From Octopus bimaculoides (Eukaryota): a DNA stretch of 64,000 nucleotides. Positions 26,303 to 40,279 of this stretch are shown one piece after another. Position 1 is the stretch's first letter. Each line of letters starts with the position of its first letter. Below the pieces are notes generated by a model. It was not told the origin of the DNA. It saw nothing but the letters and a program-made list of their open reading frames with translations, and made no database searches. Position numbers and translations under genes: made by a program. The stretch lies in the NCBI RefSeq assembly GCF_001194135.2, contig NC_068984.1:176799-240798 (forward strand), given 5' to 3'.

Positions 26303-27069
26303 ATATATACATTATATATATATATATACATTATATATATATATATACATTATATNNNNNNNNNNNNNNNNNNNNNNNNNNNNNNNNNNNNNNNNNNNNN
26401 NNNNNNNNNNNNNNNNNNNNNNNNNNNNNNNNNNNNNNNNNNNNNNNNNNNNNNNNNNNNNNNNNNNNNNNNNNNNNNNNNNNNNNNNNNNNNNNNNNNN
26501 NNNNNNNNNNNNNNNNNNNNNNNNNNNNNNNNNNNNNNNNNNNNNNNNNNNNNNNNNNNNNNNNNNNNNNNNNNNNNNNNNNNNNNNNNNNNNNNNNNNN
26601 NNNNNNNNNNNNNNNNNNNNNNNNNNNNNNNNNNNNNNNNNNNNNNNNNNNNNNNNNNNNNNNNNNNNNNNNNNNNNNNNNNNNNNNNNNNNNNNNNNNN
26701 NNNNNNNNNNNNNNNNNNNNNNNNNNNNNNNNNNNNNNNNNNNNNNNNNNNNNNNNNNNNNNNNNNNNNNNNNNNNNNNNNNNNNNNNNNNNNNNNNNNN
26801 NNNNNNNNNNNNNNNNNNNNNNNNNNNNNNNNNNNNNNNNNNNNNNNNNNNNNNNNNNNNNNNNNNNNNNNNNNNNNNNNNNNNNNNNNNNNNNNNNNNN
26901 NNNNNNNNNNNNNNNNNNNNACCCGCACGAAAACGGCCACGCTCGAAATGGTGTCTTTTATGTGCCACCCGCACAAGCCAGTCCAGGGGCACTGGCAATG
27001 ATCTCGCTCGAAAATCCTACAGGAGCCAGTCAGGCGGTACTGGCAACGGATATATATATATATACATTA

Positions 27070-27107
<38 letters not shown>

Positions 27108-28069
27108 ATGTCATCATCATCATCATCATCATCGTTTAACGTCCGCTTTCCATGCTAGCATGGGTTGGACGATTTGACTGAGGACTGGTGAAACCGGATG
27201 GCAACACCAGGCTCCAGTCTGATTTGGCAGAGTTTCTACAGCTGGATGCCCTTCCTAACGCCAATATCTGTCTATATATATATTAAAAAGGAGAAACAAG
27301 CAATAATAAATCTCTGAGCGAGACGTAAACAATAGCAGCACGGAATCATGAAGTATATTTGCCACTTAAATGTGGCAGACCGACAGGGGACGCTGCTACT
27401 GTTGTTTATAGCCCCAGGAAGACATCTCCACCAGCTGCCTAATGACACACTGTTCAGAGATTTGAGCAAAGTCAACTCCAACATCGCAATCAACTTTGTG
27501 TAAGCATGAAAGCTTAGTGGCAAGACACTGCTTCTCTAAATGAGAACCTTACCTGTCATTGTGGTTTTGGGGCTTGGAGCAAAGTAGGCCTTGGCATCCA
27601 CTCAAGAAAACAATAAATGTTCCACAAGCACTTCAGAAAACTGAGTCCTCGACTTGTTCCATTTGCCAATAGGTTTGCAAGGCACCAGCAGGCCTCAAGA
27701 GACACATTTCTGTCCATAGAACATGATTAACACTTTATTTTACTGAACCCTCATTTGTCACTCATGACAAGAGAATCCATCATATATACTGTTGTATTTT
27801 GGGACGGTCATTTTATTTATTTTTTTTTTTTTCGCCAAATAAACGCACGTACTATATATTTTATTTTCTTCCTTCGTTTATTACTGTGCTTATTTTATTA
27901 TTTTAACACCTGTCCATTGTCCAGAAATCTTTTGTCACACATCTGTGACCTCTTCGGTGACACTTTTCGTTTCCTGGTGTGTTCTTGCTCCACTTACTCT
28001 GTTCTCTGTATCTCTTTCAACACATGATTTCACATTAGGAATCTTGCAAAATGAATTGATATTGAACCA

Positions 28070-28541
28070 AATTCGATGACTGGCACCCGTGCCGAGTGGA
28101 GCGCTAGCAGCACTGTCCGAGCATGATCATTGCCAGAGCAGCTGTCTGGCTTCTGTGCCGGTGGCATGTAAATAGCACCATTTGAGTGTGATTGTTGCCA
28201 GCGTTGCTTTACTGGCACTTGTACTGGTGGCATGTGAAAAAACATTTGAGCAAGGTCATTGCCAGTGCCGCTGGACTGGCTCCTGTGCAGGTGGCACGTA
28301 AAAAACACCATTTGAGCGTGGCTGTTGCCAATACCGCCTGACTGGCCCTCGTGCCAGTGGCACGTAAAAGCACCCACTACACACTTGGAATGGTTGGCGT
28401 AAGGAAGGGCATCCAGCTGTAGAAACTTTGCCAGATCAGATTGGAGCCTGGTGCAGCCATCTGGTTCGCCAGTCCTCAGTCAAATCGTCCAACCCATGCC
28501 AGCATGGAAAGCGGACGTTAAACGGTGATGATGATGATGAT
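28070..28541 (+). mobile_element. RTE 3' UTR fragment with 4-5 diverged array units
   Basis: Repeated TGGCA(C/T)GTAAAAAGCACCATTTGAGC motifs, the conserved core and a (GAT)n tail. Confidence 0.85.
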
Positions 28542-28763
28542 ATATATATTCTTTTACTTGTTTCAGTCATTTGACTGTGGCCATGCTGGATCAATGCCTT
28601 TAGTCGAACTAATTGACCCTAGGACTTATTCTTTCTAAGCCTAGTACTTATTCTATCACTCTCTTTTGCTGAACTGCTAAGTTACGGCTATGTAAACACA
28701 CCAACATCAGTTACCAAGCGATGATGGAGGACAAACACAGGCACACTGACATACACATATATA

Positions 28764-29944
28764 CCGTAAAAACCTATGTAGTTTACGCACCTTGTTTTGC
28801 AAGAATTAAAAAAAAAAATTTTTTGTTGCAAAAAGAGGTACAAAAACGTAAACTTTCGTACCGGAAGTTGACTCATTTAACGTCAGAAAAGGTTTTCACA
28901 AAAATAATAATAGTTTAAATATGAAGCTGACTTTTATTTATGCTGGACGGTATAATGCTTACTTTTACTGTATAAATTTACTAAAACCATTAAATGGTTA
29001 ACTAGTTTTTGAAGTCTGATGTTTATGCTGGTAAACATGGTCTGGGCCATATTTTACTTTGCTTGGAGTTTCTCCCTATCGCAATGGAACACCATTGACA
29101 TGCGTAATGATATGGCTACTCCTGACTGCAAAAAATGTAATGATATGGATAATCTTTAATTTTTGTCTGTTTGTTACGAGGCACAGTTTTAAGTTTGTTA
29201 TACTGTTTACACCAATTTCAGACATAGGCTCTATTGCCACGTTCAAATGCATACTCAACATATTTAATTTCTCCTTCGCAGTAAATGATGTATAAGTTCT
29301 GCTCATGCTGACAATAATGGTAATGTCAAATTTTTAAGTTTGCTTCACATTTTAGAAGTGTGAAAAGGATTCAAATTTCGATACTCTGTATCAAAGTTTC
29401 TGATAAGAATAGGCGGAAAAGAATTCTGTTTACATAATCAGTTTGATCGGTCACCTTCATCTGTTGGTTGAATAAAGTGCCAAGCTGATGTTTATTGCTA
29501 ATTAAATTTAATTCGCAACACCTGTGTATATTTATCAACTTTGTCTTTGTTGGTAATTCTTATCAGCAACTTTTCCTGTGCTCATGATTTGAGAAGACAT
29601 ACAGCCGTATGCTAAAGATCGGACATAATCTCTTGTGGGCAAGAAATGTAAAATAAAGTTTATTATAAACAACACAAACACTTTGTAATTTAATAGCTTT
29701 CAATGTGATACCTGTTAAACAGAAATTATTTTTATTTAATGAAAATTTAATAAAATCTAATCATAAGTAAGTGAAATTATGCTAAATACAACTAAATTGA
29801 AAACATTTCCCCGCTGGCTATATCGGCAATTCTGAAAATTTTTGGGTGTGAATTTTACATGAGTAGAAGCTTTTTTAACAGATTTAATCCTGAAAATCAC
29901 CTGTGTAAATTACACAGGTGTGCAATTAACATAGGTTTTTACAG
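28764..29944 (-). mobile_element. Non-autonomous pogo/Tigger-type Tc1-mariner element
   Basis: TIRs C(C/T)GTAAAAACCTATGT flanked by TA on both sides. A frameshifted Brinker-type DNA-binding remnant (MSRTYTSFTAKEKL..YVEYAFERGNRA..NWCKQ) lies at 29306-29170. Confidence 0.8.
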
Positions 29945-30129
29945 TATATATGACTGGCTCCTTTTCAGTTTCTTAACTAATCATCATCATCATTTAACGT
30001 CCGCTTTCCATACTAGCATGGGTTGGACGATTGACTGAGGACTGGCAAGCCAGAAGGCTGCACCGGCTCCAATCTGATCTGGCAGAGTTTCTACAGCTGG
30101 ATGCCCTTCCTAACGCCAACCACTCTGAG

Positions 30130-30637
30130 AAAATCATCATTAGCTTCATCTTCATCTGTGATAGGATGCACATCAGGAGGAATAACGACTGCATCTGCTG
30201 ATTCAAATTCAGTTTCTTCGTTTGACAGTTCATCTAGCAAATTCCTAACTTCATCCATGGTCGAGGCTTTCTCATGTTTTTTTGACATCTGGGGATAAAA
30301 AAATTAAGTGTTCCATAATTATAAGAATCATTACAATATTTAAAATGACTCAGAAGATTTAATCGGTAAAGAATACTATAGTTCATGAGTACACCTAACA
30401 TACTTCATGCACTCTATCAGTAAATATAAAATGCACAACATTCCTATAAAGCGAGACTAATTACCTTGATAAAATACTTATCTGCATTGTCTTCAGTCTT
30501 CACCCTGTGATGCTTGAAAAACTACTGAAAATCTAGTCACCTCTGTTTGTGCCGTCAATATTTTCCATTCATGTCACAAGTCAAAACAACATACAGATGC
30601 ACAGACTAGTTCAGTTATGTACACATTGACCCAGTGT

Positions 30638-30688
<51 letters not shown>

Positions 30689-31003
30689 NNNNNNNNNNNN
30701 NNNNNNNNNNNNNNNNNNNNNNNNNNNNNNNNNNNNNNNNNNNNNNNNNNNNNNNNNNNNNNNNNNNNNNNNNNNNNNNNNNNNNNNNNNNNNNNNNNNN
30801 NNNNNNNNNNNNNNNNNNNNNNNNNNNNNNNNNNNNNNNNNNNNNNNNNNNNNNNNNNNNNNNNNNNNNNNNNNNNNNNNNNNNNNNNNNNNNNNNNNNN
30901 NNNNNNNNNNNNNNNNNNNNNNNNNNNNNNNNNNNNNNNNNNNNNNNNNNNNNNNNNNNNNNNNNNNNNNNNNNNNNNNNNNNNNNNNNNNNNNNNNNNN
31001 NNN

Positions 31004-31045
<42 letters not shown>

Positions 31046-31402
31046 GACAGTAAAATTCAAAGTTATATGCATAAAATGCTATTTGTGAACAAACTATGTC
31101 CTAAGTATTGTAAAATAACTCTTTATAAACAGTGTTTCTGTGTCAAATGAACATAACAATGATTCAACTTAACACTGCGAGTTAATATTCACAGGTCACT
31201 GAGCACGCATTGTTTCTGCCATTTTTCCTGTAGATTTTTCTCATGTTTCTCAATGCGTTACAAATATATCTGATACATTTATAAAAAATTTAGAATTTCT
31301 TTTCTGTTGTATTTATATTGAAAATACATTTTTTTGTCATATTATAATTTTTTTAAATAAATTATTTACTGTCCTATATACAGGACAGTGGGACACAATG
31401 GG
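30130..31402 (-). mobile_element. Truncated piggyBac-like element (5' end and transposase N-terminus)
   Basis: Terminus TTAA-CCCATTGTG at 31406-31394. Acidic N-terminus MSKKHEK...DAVVIPPDVHPITDEDEANDDF is typical of PGBD transposases. Cut off by an RTE tail at 30129; contains an N gap. Confidence 0.7.
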
Positions 31403-32183
31403 TTAAAAATAGTGTAGACAGGGATGATAATGAAGACTGGAAGTGGTTCAGAGTGGAGAGAGAGAGAGAGAAGGGAGAAAAGCTAAACAAAAGAGTGGGT
31501 GTGTAATATGTGCCAATGCTGCTGTTTTTGGGTGATTACAGCAGCTGAGTAATACCATAGATAGAGGAGTGATAGATGTTAGGGAATGAGAATTGGGGGG
31601 AATACATGATGGGGCATAAAGAGAGGAGTGTGGTAGAGCCCCACACGTACAAGCAGACCAAGTAGTTTTAAAATACCATTTTTGTTGTGAATGCTAATTA
31701 TCTTAGTCTGCTGTCATCTCCTCCTTAAGGCTCAGCATTATGAAATCAGCCGTTACTACTTTGTCTCATTCCTCCTGGGTCTCCCTCTTTCACAAGTGCC
31801 ATCTTTAAGCCATCTGTCCTCATTCATACGCATCACATGACCAAACCAGCACAGTCTTCTCTCTTGTACACTACATCAGATTCCTCTTATGCCTAATTCT
31901 TTTTCCCAGTAACTTTGCACTCTGAATTGCACATCAAAGAGAGGAAACTAGCCCCATTCCTCTCTAGTCTTCACATATCCTTTGCATTTAGGGCTCACAT
32001 CTCACTACCATGTAGTATTAACTATATGTACACAAGCATCATACAATCTTCCTTTAACTCACAGAGAGGGGCCTTTGTTGCTAACAGAAGTAATAGTTGT
32101 CTGAACTTTTCTCCATCTTACTCTTATTCTAGCAATTACACTTTCAGAACATTCTCCTTCACTGCTAATTAGGTTGCTTAGGT

Positions 32184-32461
32184 CAGTGCTTCTCAAACCA
32201 TCTGATGTCGCATATCAGCAGTTTGTTTTCCCCAATGTGCCAGGGACCGGTAATGTTTCTTAGTAATATTAATTTATACTGGAAACAATATATATAAAAT
32301 GAATATAATAAAAGTTGACAAATTGTTTTTTTATCTTATATTTATTTTGTAAAAAAATAATACAATATTACATAAGCATTTTATAATGTCTCTTTCTTTT
32401 CTGGAAACTCGCCACTTACCAGCAGCTGATGGGTTGCAGACCACCACTTTGAGTAGCACTG
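32184..32461. mobile_element. hAT-Charlie-like MITE
   Basis: TIRs CAGTGCTTCTCAAA / TTTGAGTAGCACTG with a degenerate 8-bp TSD (GCTTAGGT / GCCTAAGT). Confidence 0.75.
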
Positions 32462-35108
32462 GCCTAAGTAACATACTATTTACTACTTCTAGGGAGCCCC
32501 TTGAACATTTGAGGGAACCAATTTCTTGTGTATTCTTAATCTTTATGGTCCCTGAGAATCTTACATATTCAAACATTACCTTCCTCTGATTCCACTGCTG
32601 CTCTTGCGTATCCATGACCTGCATTGGGTTCACCCCATAGAATTCCTGTTCACACCTTTCCGACACATCAAGCAATGCAATTTACCTGATGTAGATAGAG
32701 TCCTGTATGTTTTCCTGCTTACTAGAACCTTGGTCTTTATTAAATTTAAGACCCTTCAATTCCAGGTTTTGCTTCCACTTTTTCTAATTCTTTTAAGATT
32801 CTGCTATGAGAGCAAGGTCATCAGCAGAGATGGACAGTCTTGTTATGGCCTGGAAAAACAATGATGAATAGGATGGGATTAAGAACTGAGTCCTTGTAAA
32901 TGCTTACCTGTACACGTGGATGTTAAGCAATGATGTAAAATGTAAACTTTAATAGTATAAATTTACATGATGAGACTCAGTGATGGCTGGGATTTCACCT
33001 CAAAATTACCAGAGTACCTTGCATAAGGTCTTTGAGTACATGCCGGTTGTGGTTTTAAGATTGATATTTTTGTCAAAGAAAAATTGATGGGAGTAACATT
33101 TTTTTGGCAGTGAATATAAGTACTGTTCATCATCAATAGCAGAAACACTATCTGATGGATGCTAATCATTATAAGAATATTCTTTATTGAGAGAGAAGGA
33201 TATATATATATATGTATATGTATATGTAATGTGTGTGTGTGTGTGTATGTATGTTCTAAAAAAAAATCTACCTATAGTTTTGTTTGTCCTATTGACTACG
33301 TTATACTATAATCATATTGTTGGCTTAGGTAAAATTATTGAAATAATGTGATAAGTGGATTTATCTCCCTTTAACTGTTTTCATGTTCTTTACCACAACC
33401 AGCAAAGTTTAAAATAAAATAACAAAATTGATGTAACTTGATATTTTCTGGACTGCTTCCTTCTGAAGATGGCCCTTTGTGCCTGAAATATAAAGGTTTT
33501 TGTAAAACTTTTTGCATTATTAGAAGCTCTCTTTAATTAATTTTTTTTTGTTTCTGTATTACAATGCTTCAAGTGAATTACAACTCTCTCTTTCAATGTT
33601 TTTGTGTGAAAATTCTTTCCATTGAATGTCTAGCCCACCACCTCTTTTGATTTATCTTATAATCTGTTCTTTAACATATTTTGGATGAAACTAGGAAACG
33701 ACAACCATTTTCGTTTTTTCTTTTTTGCTTCATGTATACACTTGCACAAACTTGCACATAGTTAACAATTGAGGAGTCTAGGATAAAAATTGATAGTGCA
33801 ACCTCATTATCATCATCATCATCGTCGTCATTTAACGTCCGCTTTCCATGCTAGCATGGGTTGGACGATTTGACTGAGGAATGGTGGACCAGGAGGCGAC
33901 ACCAGGCTCGTCCAACTGGCCCAAAGACTGCACTGTACTCCATTAGCATGGTTCCTATCACTGAATGTCATTCCTAAAGCCAACCACATTACACTGTGTA
34001 CTGGGTCCTTTTCTTTTTTTTGTGGCACTAGCCTTAATGGGGTTACCATGCAACTCACAGGACTTAGGATCTTCTTCACCTGAATTGAGCTACAGTAGAG
34101 AGGGAGGTGGCTTTATACTATGGATTGAGGAGTTAAAGTGTGAGAGGAGGAGCCAGAGCAGAACAGGTTTCTTGCTTCTTTACATTGATGAATAATGGGT
34201 TGTCGTAACAATCTTCATCAATTAGTGAGAATGCTTTTGTGTGGTAGCACAACTATAGAGATGCTATGGAGCACACTGTTGGCAAAATGCAAGTTTCTTT
34301 CAATATAAACACTCCCTGTTGATTTTAAAATGAGAATCAGATTTAGAAGCGCAAACCCACAATGAAATAGGATTACAATGAGGAAAATGGCTTCTTGTGC
34401 ATTATAAGAGAATTAACTGGGATCACTCAGCAAGAACTCTATCATCCCTGCAGGCAGGGTTCAAAATATTTTTGCCTCTTTTGGTTTAACCGAAGCCAGT
34501 GCTGTCTGACCGGCACCCGAGTCAGTGGCACATAAAAAGCACTGTTTGAGTGTTGGACCTCACGGAGGCAGTGACAGGTGACTGAGACCTTTGGTGATAT
34601 ACCGTGCTTGTGTAGACCTGTCAAGCCAAGTGAGATCATGGTTATGGCTGATGCTGGTGTCACGTCAGTGGCACCTGTGCTGGTGGCACGTAAAAAGCAC
34701 CCACGACACTCTTGGAGTGGTTGGCTTAGGAAGGGCATCCAGCTGTAGAAACCTTGCCAAATCAGATTGGAACCTGGTGCAGCTCCCTATCTTACCAGTT
34801 TTCAGTCAAACTGTCCAACCCATGCCAGCATGGAAAATGGATGTTAAACAATGATGATGATGATGATGTGGCTTAATTGTAGCATTGTAATAAAGAAATA
34901 TATAAAAGGTTATTTAACTTTCCCCATTTCCCGTTGTCAGAAGCTCTTTGATTTTGTTCTTACTGTTCCTGCCTTCTTCGTTATTTGTTTCCCTCTGATG
35001 TCATATGAAAAACTTGAGAGATTTCTCTTATGAAATTCATATTAAACAATATATGGAATTATTTGTAGAGATTAATACTAAAACTATATTTATTTGATTG
35101 TATTTTAG

Positions 35109-35179
35109 ATTTGGTCATCAAGTTTGTTGTGGTTGGTGAAAGTTGCCAGAAAAATGAACAACTACAAAAGTCATTGCAG
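35109..35179 (+). CDS. ECT2: ECT2 exon, start of BRCT0 (DLVIKFVVVGESCQKNEQLQKSLQ)
   Basis: tattttAG acceptor and CAG|GTTAAT donor, phase 1 to 0. Resembles human ECT2 TRVILVQEAGKQEELIKALK. Confidence 0.8.
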
Positions 35180-36239
35180 GTTAATTGTTATTTTATCACA
35201 AATTTTTTATCTTTTTTATTTGTTTCAGTCATTAGACTGCGGCCATGCTGGGGCACTGCCTTGGAAAATTTTAATCAAATGAATCAGCTCCAGTCGTTAC
35301 CTATTCTTTTTATAAGCCTGGTACTTATTCTCTTAGTCCCTTTTGCCAAATTGCTAAATTAAGGGGACGTAAACACATGGACACCAGTTGCCAAGCAGTG
35401 GTGGGAGACAGACACACGTGTGCACGCTTACACACACACACACACATGCATAAAATGGGCTTCTTTCTCTTTCTGTCTACCAAATCCACTTACAAGGCTT
35501 TAGTGATCCTGAGGCTATAGCAGAAGGCACCTGCCCAAGGTGCCATGTGGTTTGGAAACAAACTTTCTATCATATAGCCATGCTTAATTATTTTTTGTAT
35601 ACAAAGTAATTTCATATTTCATGTAGTGGTAAGTGGGGATTTTAAACTACTGGATTATTGTACATTAATATATGTGTGTTTATGTATATATATATATATA
35701 TATATATCTGTGTGTGTATGCATATATTGGCACGTAAAAAGCACCATTCAAGTGTGATCAATGCCAGAACTGCCTGACTGGCCCTCGTGCCAGTGGCACA
35801 TAAAAAGTACCCATTATACTCTGAGTGGTTGGCGTTAGGAAGGGCATCCAGCTGTAGAAACCTTGCCAGATCAGATTGGAACCTGGTGCAACCTTCTGAC
35901 TTGCCAGCCCTCAGTCAAACCATCCAACCCATGCCAGCATGGAAAGCGGACGTTAAACGATGATGATAATGATGATGGTAAGTGGGAGATGGAAGGGACT
36001 AGAATAGAGGGAGAGGGGGTGTTATGAGGATATGTTGTGGTGAAAAGATTCAACAGACACTTTGTGTGCAGGNNNNNNNNNNNNNNNNNNNNNNNNNNNN
36101 NNNNNNNNNNNNNNNNNNNNNNNNNNNNNNNNNNNNNNNNNNNGGGGGGGGGGGATTAGGGAGATGTTGGGAAGATGAGATTGAAGGAAAAGTTTGTCAG
36201 GGACAGATTGTGTGTGGAAACGTGGACACACCTTTTTGG

Positions 36240-37560
36240 CCTTGATTTTACTTAAATGGATGGGTCTTCTAAAGCTCAGTGAATTACAACTTGTCTCAGT
36301 CCTTTGTCATCTCCTCTGTGAGACACAACATCTGTAGATCCTTTCTCACCATTTTGTCCCTTGTCTTCCTATGTCTTCTTCTTCCACAGATTCCCTCCAC
36401 ATTTAAAAATAGGCACATTATGCAATTGTCTTCATCCATACACATCACATGACCATTCCAATGTAATCTTCTCTCAAGCACACTATATCTAATGTCTCTT
36501 ATACCCAATTTTTCTATCAAAACACTCTTTGCACACCAACATTGCATATTCAGGGGAGCATGCTGGCCACATTTCTTTGAAGCCTTTACATTTCCTCTGC
36601 ATTCACAGCCCATGTTTCACTACCATGTAGCATGACTGACTGCACACAGGCTTCATAACATCTGCCTTTCACTATTAGGGAGAGGCCCTTTGTTGTAGCT
36701 CTCTGAATTGTGCCCTGCCCATTCTTACTTTAGCAACCAGGCTTTCAGAGCATCCTCCTGCACTGCTAATTTGGTCACCTTAGTAGCAGAAGCTATCTAC
36801 TACTTCTAAGGATTCTCCCGGATGTTTGAGGAAATCTATTCTCTGTACATTCTCAGTGTTTATTATACCTGCACATCTGCCACACACAAAGATCTTAGGT
36901 GTCCATAGCTTGCACTGGGCACTCCATATGGAATTTCTACCTACATCTTTTCTACATAATAAGCAGGGTCATCTCCCCGATGGGATTAGTAATTTGTCTG
37001 CTTTCCTGCTTACTAATACTTTGGTCTTTGCTAAATTAATTCCAACTCTTTGATTCCAGTCCCTGCTTCCACACCTGAAATTTCTTCTTTAATTCAACTA
37101 GAGATTCAGCTGTAAGAACAAGGTCATCAACATAGAAGAGCTCCCGTGGGCAACCAGTTTTAAATTCCTCTAAAATGGCCTGGAGGACTATTATAATCGA
37201 GAGGGGGCTGAAAACCGATCCTTGGTGAACTCCTTATACACTAAATTCATTGCTATACTCGTTACTGACTTTTACTTTACTGAAAGCATCCCTCTATGTT
37301 GCTTGGATAGCTGTTACCAGCCACTCATCTACCTCCAGCTTCTGCATTGACCACAAGATGAGAGAGAGCAAGGACTCCTGTCAAAAGCTCTTATGGAACT
37401 GTCTGTTTCACTGTTCCACCACCATGTCACCCTAGGTCTGGTTGAGACTTTGCACTATCCATAGATTTGATCTATGGCCCTCAGTAAGTTGTCCCATAGA
37501 AACTTTCAGTTATCTTCTATGTCATAATGTCCCTATTTTCTTCTCTTTTTCATCAAATGC
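36240..37560 (-). mobile_element. Older RTE LINE RT fragment
   Basis: Frames include VHQGSVFSPL, ELFYVDDL, RRLHWNGHV, GRRRHRKT. Confidence 0.8.
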
Positions 37561-38929
37561 TTCAATTAAGCCATCTCTAAATCTCTGACTATTCAAAGGA
37601 TCTTTAAATTTCCAAATCTTCCTCTTTCAGACTGGTTTACTTTGTGAAGTCTGAAGTTGATCCTGTTTTGAATTAATACCTCCTCCCCCTCCTCCTCCTC
37701 CTCCTCCNNNNNNNNNNNNNNNNNNNNNNNNNNNNNNNNNNNNNNNNNNNNNNNNNNNNNNNNNNNNNNNNNNNNNNNNNNNNNNNNNNNNNNNNNNNNN
37801 NNCCTCCTCCCATGTTGGCATTAGTTGGATAGACAGGATTCAATTAGTCAGAAGACCATGTTTTGTTCCAGTGTCTTAGTTTTGGCATGAGTGCCCTTTG
37901 TAACCTTAACCACTTTACAGAATGTTTTGGGTGCATTGGTGTGGCACCAGCAGCATAGAGGTTGCCCTGTCCTCAGAAAAACTAAGGAGTTCTCTCAACC
38001 TTACTTTGTCTCTGCTCTCTCTCTATCTCTCTCTTTATTTTTTTTTAAAAAGAAACTCTTTAACAGACACTTATTGATGCAGTTGACATCTGGTCTCATT
38101 TGAATGCCAAGATTAGCTCGGGAAAATAGAACAATATGTCTTGCAGTATATATACAGTTTGTATAGACTTGATTTAACTTCTTAGTGTTTGTATCAGCAG
38201 CAATAATACTGTGGAAAAGCCAGTTGATCATTTCATCTCTCAGCTTTTCATGTCAACATTCAGCAGTCTGTGTTATTCTACCCAAGTGGAGTGGTGAGAT
38301 ACTAACACAACTCGTTTAACTGGCTGAATGACTTTTAAAAATAGAGAAACTTTGTTCAGTTTCTTTCTTGCAGCTGAGATTTATTTTCATATTTTCCCAC
38401 CCAATGTCTGCTTTTAAATAAAGAAACAAACTTGATCTACCTTAAAAGCATTTTATTGATTCAATAACACGTTTCAAACTCACTCAAGTTTTCATTTCAC
38501 CTTTGGTTGGTTGTCTTAGATATTGACTTTACTATTTGTTGTACGTATGGAGAAGGAAGAAATAGTGTTTATGGGCATTGTTAGTGAGATCATTATTGTA
38601 TGAATTTTAACTATTGAGTACGATTAAACAGTATTTAATTTGAAGACTGCTGTTCTCTTGTAGTATTTCCCTCTAGTGTTAAGTTTGTTGGACTAATTTC
38701 AATTGTATGGCAAATAGATTAGCAATGTCTTTTGAACTCAGTCATAGAAGCTAGTGATTAAAGTGAATGTATGTATAAGTGTGTGTATATTTGTGTGTAT
38801 ATATATATATATAGTGGGTTCAGTCCCATTGCACAGGGCCTAGAGCCAGTGTCTTCTACTATAGTCCTGGGTTGACCAAAGCTTTGTAACTTGGTTTGGT
38901 AGAGGGGAACTGAAAGAAGCCCATTACAT

Positions 38930-39049
38930 ATATTTATGTATAAATATACATATGTGTGTATATAGATATATGTGTACATATGTGTATGTGTGTGTATATA
39001 TATATATGTGTGTGTATGTGTATATATATATGTGTATATTTATATACAT

Positions 39050-39100
<51 letters not shown>

Positions 39101-39218
39101 TGTATATATATGTATATATGTGTATATATATATATACATGTATATATATGTATGTATGTGTATATATATATATACATGTATATATATGTATGTATATATG
39201 TGTATATATATACACGGG

Positions 39219-39249
<31 letters not shown>

Positions 39250-39300
39250 ATATATGTGTATGTGTGTATATATGTATGTGTGTGTACATATGTGTGTATA
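38930..39300. repeat. Compound (TA)/(TG) microsatellite. Similar tracts at 26150-26355, 20885-20955, 30640-31042, 41125-41240
   Basis: Read directly from the sequence; explains the long YIYI ORFs. Confidence 0.95.
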
Positions 39301-40279
39301 TTTTTCTAAATTTTATCCGACTCTATTGCTGTCTATCAGCCCTTTCACTCTTATTCATTCATTCCACTCTTTGTTCTTTCATTCCACTCTTTGTTCTTTC
39401 GTTCCCCCTCTCTCACATTTCCTTGCCTTCTCTTCCTGCTCACTTTCCCTCCACTTTTCACTTCACTGTGTCCCTGTCATCTTTTCTCGCCCCCTCAATT
39501 CTTTTGTCCCTCTGCCTCTACCTCTCTCTCTTCTCTTCCCACATGACCGGTGTTCGGCTAAGCCTGATCTTTCTTTCTTGGCTTTTGTGTGTGCAACATC
39601 TATATTCCTCCTTGTACCTGTGAAATCTTGTATCCCTCCCATAAGGCCTTATTTCCACACACGCCAGCTTAATTTAATTCGTCCTTAGTTGAAAGACACA
39701 TGTTGTTATGTCCTGTTATCATTTTTATTGTATTTGTGTAATGTTTGTTTTTTTTCCATCCTTGTTTTTGTATACATTCGCTGCTTTCTTCCAAGGAATC
39801 TGGTGCTCTTAGCTTAGTTCTTCCTTGGGGCTGGCCAGATTGGAGCAGTCTCGAGTATAACCAGCCGAAANNNNNNNNNNTTTCCCTCCACTTTTCACTT
39901 CACTGTGTCCCTGTCATCTTTTCTCGCCCCCTCAATTCTTTTGTCCCTCTGCCTCTACCTCTCTCTCTTCTCTTCCCACATGACCGGTGTTCGGCTAAGC
40001 CTGATCTTTCTTTCTTGGCTTTTGTGTGTGCAACATCTATATTNNNNNNNNNNNNNNNNNNNNNNNNNNNNNNNNNNNNNNNNNNNNNNNNNNNNNNNNN
40101 NNNNNNNNNNNNNNNNNNNNNNNNNATGAAAGAGAACTCCGAATGACCCGTCCTTGTTTTCTTTGTATTAGCTTGGGCTAGATGGACTAGAGAGTAGAGA
40201 TTGAGTTTTTTTAGTTGACCCCAATAGCCAATGCCCCTCATGCCGTCTATCTTTCTTGTTATTGACCTCTGGAGTGCTT

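Noticed and set aside
38179-38292. Exon-like stretch with AG acceptor and GTGAGA donor in an ECT2 intron
   Set aside because: Its open phases (1-1 or 2-2) do not fit between the phase-0 flanking exons, and it has no ECT2 similarity.
38924-39688. Long ORFs of up to 238 aa
   Set aside because: They translate (TA)/(TG) microsatellite and pyrimidine-rich repeat. ORFs running through N gaps (3496, 26312, 30611 and others) are likewise artefacts.
39820-39870. GGCTGG...CCAGCC-GAAA resembling a hammerhead half
   Set aside because: No upstream CTGANGA box, and the sequence ends at a gap. A similar partial motif at about 11675-11705 (minus) has a broken core.
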